Shown here: piece after piece, positions 34,731 through 38,004 of the stretch
Numbering within the stretch: the first letter of the stretch is position 1
How the letters are laid out: each line of letters opens with the position of its first letter
Origin: a virus
Lineage: Duplodnaviria; Caudoviricetes
DNA: 38,004 bases
Strand: one strand, 5' to 3'
Virus record (IMG/VR): IMGVR_UViG_3300030376_001843
Location: 1 to 38,004 of that record
Program-made: the position numbers and the translations under genes
The notes under the pieces: model-generated
What the model was told of the DNA's origin: nothing
The model's database searches: none
The model's input: only the letters and a program-made list of their open reading frames with translations

Positions 34731-34939
34731 TATACATTCTCCTCTATATGTATTCCATAATCATCTTCTAGTTCTTCTCTGCTAACTTCATCTCCAAAGT
34801 GATCTAAAATATCATTTGCTACAAGTTCCACAGCATTATCTACAGTAGCAAAAAGCATTACTTCTCCTTCATCATCTAAAACAAACTCTTTGCCATTTAA
34901 TCCAATGCCTTCTAGATGTCTATATATTCTATATTTCAT
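34730..34939 (-). CDS. Small acidic hypothetical protein (69 aa, GIGLNGKEFVLD motif)
   Basis: ORF track; bounded by two junction repeats; ends ENV. Confidence 0.8.
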   Translation of the reverse strand: MKYRIYRHLEGIGLNGKEFVLDDEGEVMLFATVDNAVELVANDILDHFGDEVSREELEDDYGIHIEENV

Positions 34940-35121
34940 TATACATTCTCCTTATCTTGATCTATTAATATTTTATCTATTAATGAATTACAGTCTTTTA
35001 AGACTTCTAATAACTCCTTACTCCAAGTCTTGTCATTTTGTAGCTTGTAAGTCAGTAATGCTTTAATAGAGCCAATTCTATGCCCTAATAAGACATCATC
35101 TAACCCTTCAAAATTTGCCAT
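34939..35121 (-). CDS. Small hypothetical protein (60 aa); allele of 39-230
   Basis: ORF track; ends ENV. Confidence 0.8.
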   Translation of the reverse strand: MANFEGLDDVLLGHRIGSIKALLTYKLQNDKTWSKELLEVLKDCNSLIDKILIDQDKENV

Positions 35122-35288
35122 TATAACCCCTTCTTTCTTTTATTTAATAACTTATAATATCGCACTAAATTATTTCTATCGTATGGGCGGTATTTATCTC
35201 TATCTAAATCAACATGATAATTTGGATAGTCATTCTCTATTATATTTATTTTTGTTTGTATTTCTGATATACTTAATTTTTTAACCAT
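35121..35288 (-). CDS. Small basic hypothetical protein (55 aa, MVKKLSISEIQTK...)
   Basis: Read by hand; TAATG coupling at both ends; absent from the left copy. Confidence 0.7.
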   Translation of the reverse strand: MVKKLSISEIQTKINIIENDYPNYHVDLDRDKYRPYDRNNLVRYYKLLNKRKKGL

Positions 35289-35464
35289 TATACATTCTCC
35301 ACATCTATTTCTATTGTATCAATTTGCTCATCATGAATTGCTAATTCATTAGAATCATGCCATTCTCCAGAATAAAATTTTTCTCTAGCTTCTTCTTCAT
35401 TCTTTGCTTTTATTTTATATTCAGTATTTAATGTTGCGTATGTTATTATATTATAATTATTCAT
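35288..35464 (-). CDS. Small acidic protein (58 aa), DpnD/PcfM-like YKIKAKNEEEA motif
   Basis: Read by hand; ends ENV; absent from this slot in the left copy. Confidence 0.7.
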   Translation of the reverse strand: MNNYNIITYATLNTEYKIKAKNEEEAREKFYSGEWHDSNELAIHDEQIDTIEIDVENV

Positions 35465-35475
35465 TATAACCCCCT

Positions 35476-35649
35476 TTAATTGTTAAAATATGTTTCCCAA
35501 AATTCTTCTTTGGAAATGTTTAATTGTTTTGATAGCCTATTTGCCTGGATATATACCTCGTCAAATTGCTTATCAGTTCCTGATCTAGCAAGCAAAAAAT
35601 TATAATTGCTTACTAGATCATTTATTTGTCTATTTATTGTTTTATTAAT
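35476..35649 (-). CDS. Small hypothetical protein (57 aa from ATT; alternative ATG at 35655); allele of 242-415
   Basis: Read by hand; frame conserved between the two copies. Confidence 0.7.
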   Translation of the reverse strand: MNKTINRQINDLVSNYNFLLARSGTDKQFDEVYIQANRLSKQLNISKEEFWETYFNN

Positions 35650-35800
35650 TATCATTCTCCTTCTTGCAACATTCTATTGCTTCTTGTTTATTATTAAAAT
35701 CATAGGAAAAAGTTCTCTCTCCTACATCTCCATCTGATACTTGATATTCTACTTTGCCCTTTGGTGATTTACCTTTTATAATTCTCCATGTATCACTCAT
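35645..35800 (-). CDS. Small hypothetical protein (51 aa, MSDTWRIIKGKSPKG...)
   Basis: Read by hand; starts in a junction repeat. Confidence 0.7.
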   Translation of the reverse strand: MSDTWRIIKGKSPKGKVEYQVSDGDVGERTFSYDFNNKQEAIECCKKENDN

Positions 35801-35952
35801 TATACATTCTCCTCTTTATAACAATGTTCACATAAAGAATAATAATTTTTAGGCATTGGAATATCTAATTCAGTCCATATTGCAACTTCATCTGAAAAAT
35901 TCTCATCATCAGATAGTTCATTTTGAACATTACATTTTTGACAGTTGCTCAT
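35800..35952 (-). CDS. Small acidic Zn-finger protein (50 aa, MSNCQKC...LCEHCYKEENV)
   Basis: Read by hand; two CxxC motifs; bounded by junction repeats. Confidence 0.7.
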   Translation of the reverse strand: MSNCQKCNVQNELSDDENFSDEVAIWTELDIPMPKNYYSLCEHCYKEENV

Positions 35953-36177
35953 TATACATTATCCTCATCTTTTTTAGGATTATAGGCTTTTGGGTCATCA
36001 GGTGCTACATAATCGCTCCAATGTTTATGTTCATACTTGCCCTCATTATCTCCGTATTCACTAATTCCGCCTTGTTTTTTAAGGTCAAGATATGCCTTCT
36101 GATAAAGTATTAGAAACATCATTAGCTTTATTAACTAATGTTAATAACTCATTACTTACTGTTAGTTTTTTAGTCAT
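35952..36177 (-). pseudogene. Frameshifted, internally deleted allele of 577-882
   Basis: 66 nt of the left allele are replaced by 4 nt (TCTT), giving an early TGA; both flanks remain homologous. Confidence 0.7.
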
Positions 36178-36212
36178 AATTCACTCCTATATTATCTTAT
36201 TACAAAGCCTCT

Positions 36213-36265
36213 TAATAGAGGGTAAACCGCACCATAATAGCTATAATGCGGTTTGCTCTCTATTA
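36213..36265 (-). promoter_or_regulatory. Second copy of the long intergenic hairpin
   Basis: Differs from 918-970 at two positions: one in the loop and one G-U versus A-U pair. Confidence 0.6.
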
Positions 36266-36361
36266 TAAGTATGCTAGTAGTAATAAAAATATACTCCATA
36301 TAATAACCATGCTTATAACTATTTTACACATAACAGTAGACCAACAATTATTATTAAACAT
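36263..36361 (-). CDS. Small hydrophobic peptide (32 aa, ...KIVISMVIIWSIFLLLLAYL)
   Basis: Read by hand; same slot as 968-1072. Confidence 0.5.
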   Translation of the reverse strand: MFNNNCWSTVMCKIVISMVIIWSIFLLLLAYL

Positions 36362-36536
36362 TTTCGCTTCTCCTCTCATAAATAAATAAACCCATAAAGA
36401 CTAAACCTAGTAAAAACTCCATTAATAAGATGTATTCAACAAAGCCATTTCCCACAGTATAAACAAAAGCATAGGTTGGTATTGCATGAAATAAGGCTAT
36501 AAACCCTATTATAAAGTATATTGTTGATTCTCTCAT
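36354..36536 (-). CDS. Small two-TM membrane protein (60 aa)
   Basis: ORF track; two hydrophobic helices; ends ENV. Confidence 0.7.
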   Translation of the reverse strand: MRESTIYFIIGFIALFHAIPTYAFVYTVGNGFVEYILLMEFLLGLVFMGLFIYERRSENV

Positions 36537-36736
36537 TATTTAACCCCCCTATTTTTCCAATATCTTGAAATATCCGAATACATAAACAATTCGTGAGCAA
36601 AAAATTGTATTTGATTATTATTAAAACCTCTATTTATTAATGATATAATATGTTTATCATCTATTTTTTGACCAATAGAAGTAGCTATATTTTCTTTAAT
36701 AGTTTTTAGTCTTTCTAATATAAATAATTTTTGCAT
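36536..36736 (-). CDS. Small hypothetical protein (66 aa)
   Basis: ORF track; SD AGGGAG. Confidence 0.7.
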   Translation of the reverse strand: MQKLFILERLKTIKENIATSIGQKIDDKHIISLINRGFNNNQIQFFAHELFMYSDISRYWKNRGVK

Positions 36737-36739
36737 TGT

Positions 36740-37282
36740 TTAAACTCCCTCTAATTGTTTTTCATTGCATAAATGTATTTCAAATTCATATGGCAATTCC
36801 TCATTCTGATTAAATTCATTTGCCAAGTATTCTAATAAATACATGCTAAAAACATCATCTTTATTATTTAAGGCTTGTTCATAGTCATAAAATGAATGAT
36901 AGCCATCATAAGATACTGTGGCATCTTTTAAATACTTTAAAAAATCAGTATCTTTTATAAAATGTTTCATTAACTTAATATTTTCAGATTGTGAAATAGT
37001 ACAATCTATTTTATCAGTTTGAAAATTGTATTCTCTTGGACTCCATAATTTGATATTTTTAAAATCAATATCTAAATTATATTCATTTGAAATATAACTT
37101 TCAAATTCCAGGCAATACTTTTCAATATAAGATTGATGAGTTTTTTCATAATCTATATTTTCAAAATTATATTCTGGATATTCACCCTCTGAATACATAC
37201 ATTCTATTAATGATTCTATACTAGCATCATGTATGGACTCATAAAAGCCACCGAAGTTTATACTTGTTTCTATATTTTCCAT
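36740..37282 (-). CDS. Acidic conserved phage protein (FGGFYES, SPREYNFxTD, SYDGxxSFY motifs)
   Basis: ORF track; SD AGGAGTGA; function unknown. Confidence 0.8.
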   Translation of the reverse strand: MENIETSINFGGFYESIHDASIESLIECMYSEGEYPEYNFENIDYEKTHQSYIEKYCLEFESYISNEYNLDIDFKNIKLWSPREYNFQTDKIDCTISQSENIKLMKHFIKDTDFLKYLKDATVSYDGYHSFYDYEQALNNKDDVFSMYLLEYLANEFNQNEELPYEFEIHLCNEKQLEGV

Positions 37283-37300
37283 TATTTCACTCCTATATTA

Positions 37301-37323
37301 AAGGGTAGCTATAAACTACCCTT
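37301..37323 (-). promoter_or_regulatory. Intergenic hairpin AAGGGTAG-TTTATAG-CTACCCTT
   Basis: Perfect 8-bp stem; same loop as 37683-37703. Confidence 0.65.
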
Positions 37324-37331
37324 ATTTATTA

Positions 37332-37661
37332 TTAAACTGTTTCTAATTGATTAAGATAATCATATACTATTTGCTCACCTACAATATAAACATACATATT
37401 AACTATTCTTTCTGGATCGCTTAAATCTGTAGTAACTTCTCCAAAATTATCTGTTTCATATTGTTTTATTATTTCTATAATATTAAAGACTTCTTTACCT
37501 AGCCATTCAGTAGCTTCATGAGTACCGATAATATAATAATCAGTATTAAAGGCTTCATGGTGTAATTCATCTCTATTTTCATTAATAAAGTCTGGATTAT
37601 ATTCTAAAGACTCTTTTATAAAATCATCAAAATATTCTTTTATTTCATTTTCTTTATACAT
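37332..37661 (-). CDS. Acidic Ocr (T7 gp0.3)-like putative DNA mimic
   Basis: 109 aa, D/E-rich and helical; DELHHEAFN segment is reminiscent of Ocr DDLHDAIH; early position. The similarity is by eye only. Confidence 0.55.
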   Translation of the reverse strand: MYKENEIKEYFDDFIKESLEYNPDFINENRDELHHEAFNTDYYIIGTHEATEWLGKEVFNIIEIIKQYETDNFGEVTTDLSDPERIVNMYVYIVGEQIVYDYLNQLETV

Positions 37662-37682
37662 TTTCTTATCACTCCTAATTGA

Positions 37683-37703
37683 AGGGGTGCTATAAACACC
37701 CCT
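37683..37703 (-). promoter_or_regulatory. Intergenic hairpin AGGGGTG-TTTATAG-CACCCCT
   Basis: Perfect 7-bp stem with a different sequence but the same loop as 37301-37323. Confidence 0.65.
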
Positions 37704-37710
37704 ATTATTA

Positions 37711-37986
37711 TTATTTACCTTTATAAATTTCTTTTAATACTTGGAAAGTATAAAAGCCTTTTTTAATTTCAAAACAATCAGCTACTATGTGATTATTTTC
37801 GCCTACAACATAACAACCCATTTCATTTTTAATTATGAAATAACCATTATCATTTAAAGTATGTAAATATTCTTTTACTTTTTTACCAGGTACAGCAAAC
37901 CATCTTTTATACTTGCTTTCATTATGTTTTACTAATTCAAATTTTTGTATGCCATCTTCACTAGTGTGATGTATAATTGTTGACAT
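37711..37986 (-). CDS. Hypothetical early protein (91 aa)
   Basis: ORF track; SD AAGGAGTGA. Confidence 0.75.
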   Translation of the reverse strand: MSTIIHHTSEDGIQKFELVKHNESKYKRWFAVPGKKVKEYLHTLNDNGYFIIKNEMGCYVVGENNHIVADCFEIKKGFYTFQVLKEIYKGK

Positions 37987-38004
37987 TTTCTTTCACTCCT
38001 TATT

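Larger units (their letters stand above)
34728..35964 (-). repeat. Five dispersed 15-bp junction repeats GGAGAATGTATAATG
   Basis: Plus-strand CATTATACATTCTCC at 34728, 34937, 35286 and 35798, and with one mismatch at 35950. Confidence 0.9.
34891..38004. repeat. Right copy of the imperfect terminal redundancy (longer allele of the early region)
   Basis: Shares blocks with 1-1712 in the same order, with extra or alternative genes. Confidence 0.85.

Noticed and set aside
34728-35964. Junction repeats as a CRISPR array
   Set aside because: Repeats are 15 bp, non-palindromic and separated by 150-510 bp of coding sequence; no cas operon. The Cas4-like nuclease is an ordinary phage exonuclease.
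34728-35964. TATAAT within the linker as a repeated promoter
   Set aside because: No consistent -35 element or TGn extension, and the hexamer overlaps the start codon; it is explained by GTA-TAA-TG stop/start coupling.
1-38004. tRNA genes, alternative genetic code, introns or inteins
   Set aside because: No cloverleaf was seen in the few intergenic gaps; core genes are full length in the standard code with no evident insertions. tRNAscan-SE was not run.

Overview
The window is an essentially complete, AT-rich, short-tailed (podovirus-type) dsDNA phage genome with a unit length of about 34.9 kb. Its gene content and tail-fibre architecture resemble marine alphaproteobacterial (SAR11-like) phages; the host is an inference. 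The plus strand (1.8-28.3 kb) carries an XRE/Cro-like regulator, a DUF1376 protein, TerS/TerL, portal, scaffold, major capsid, tail tube/stabilisation proteins, three ejection proteins, tail fibres, a lysis region and a three-gene envelope module. The minus strand (28.4-34.4 kb) carries a Twinkle/T7 gp4-like primase-helicase with a separately encoded Zn domain, an Hjc-like resolvase, SSB and a PD-(D/E)XK exonuclease. No DNA or RNA polymerase, integrase, tRNA or CRISPR array was seen. The most striking feature is the early region, present at both ends (1-1712 and 34891-38004) as two diverged alleles. It is an array of very small genes joined by repeated SD-stop-start junctions (for example GGAGAATGTATAATG five times), and genes are gained, lost or swapped exactly at these junctions, suggesting recombinase-free cassette shuffling. 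Other notable elements are a near-consensus host-type parS palindrome with no phage parB, a pseudoknot/anti-SD switch in the ssb leader, a conserved gene probably starting at ATT, and hairpins sharing a TTATAGC loop motif.
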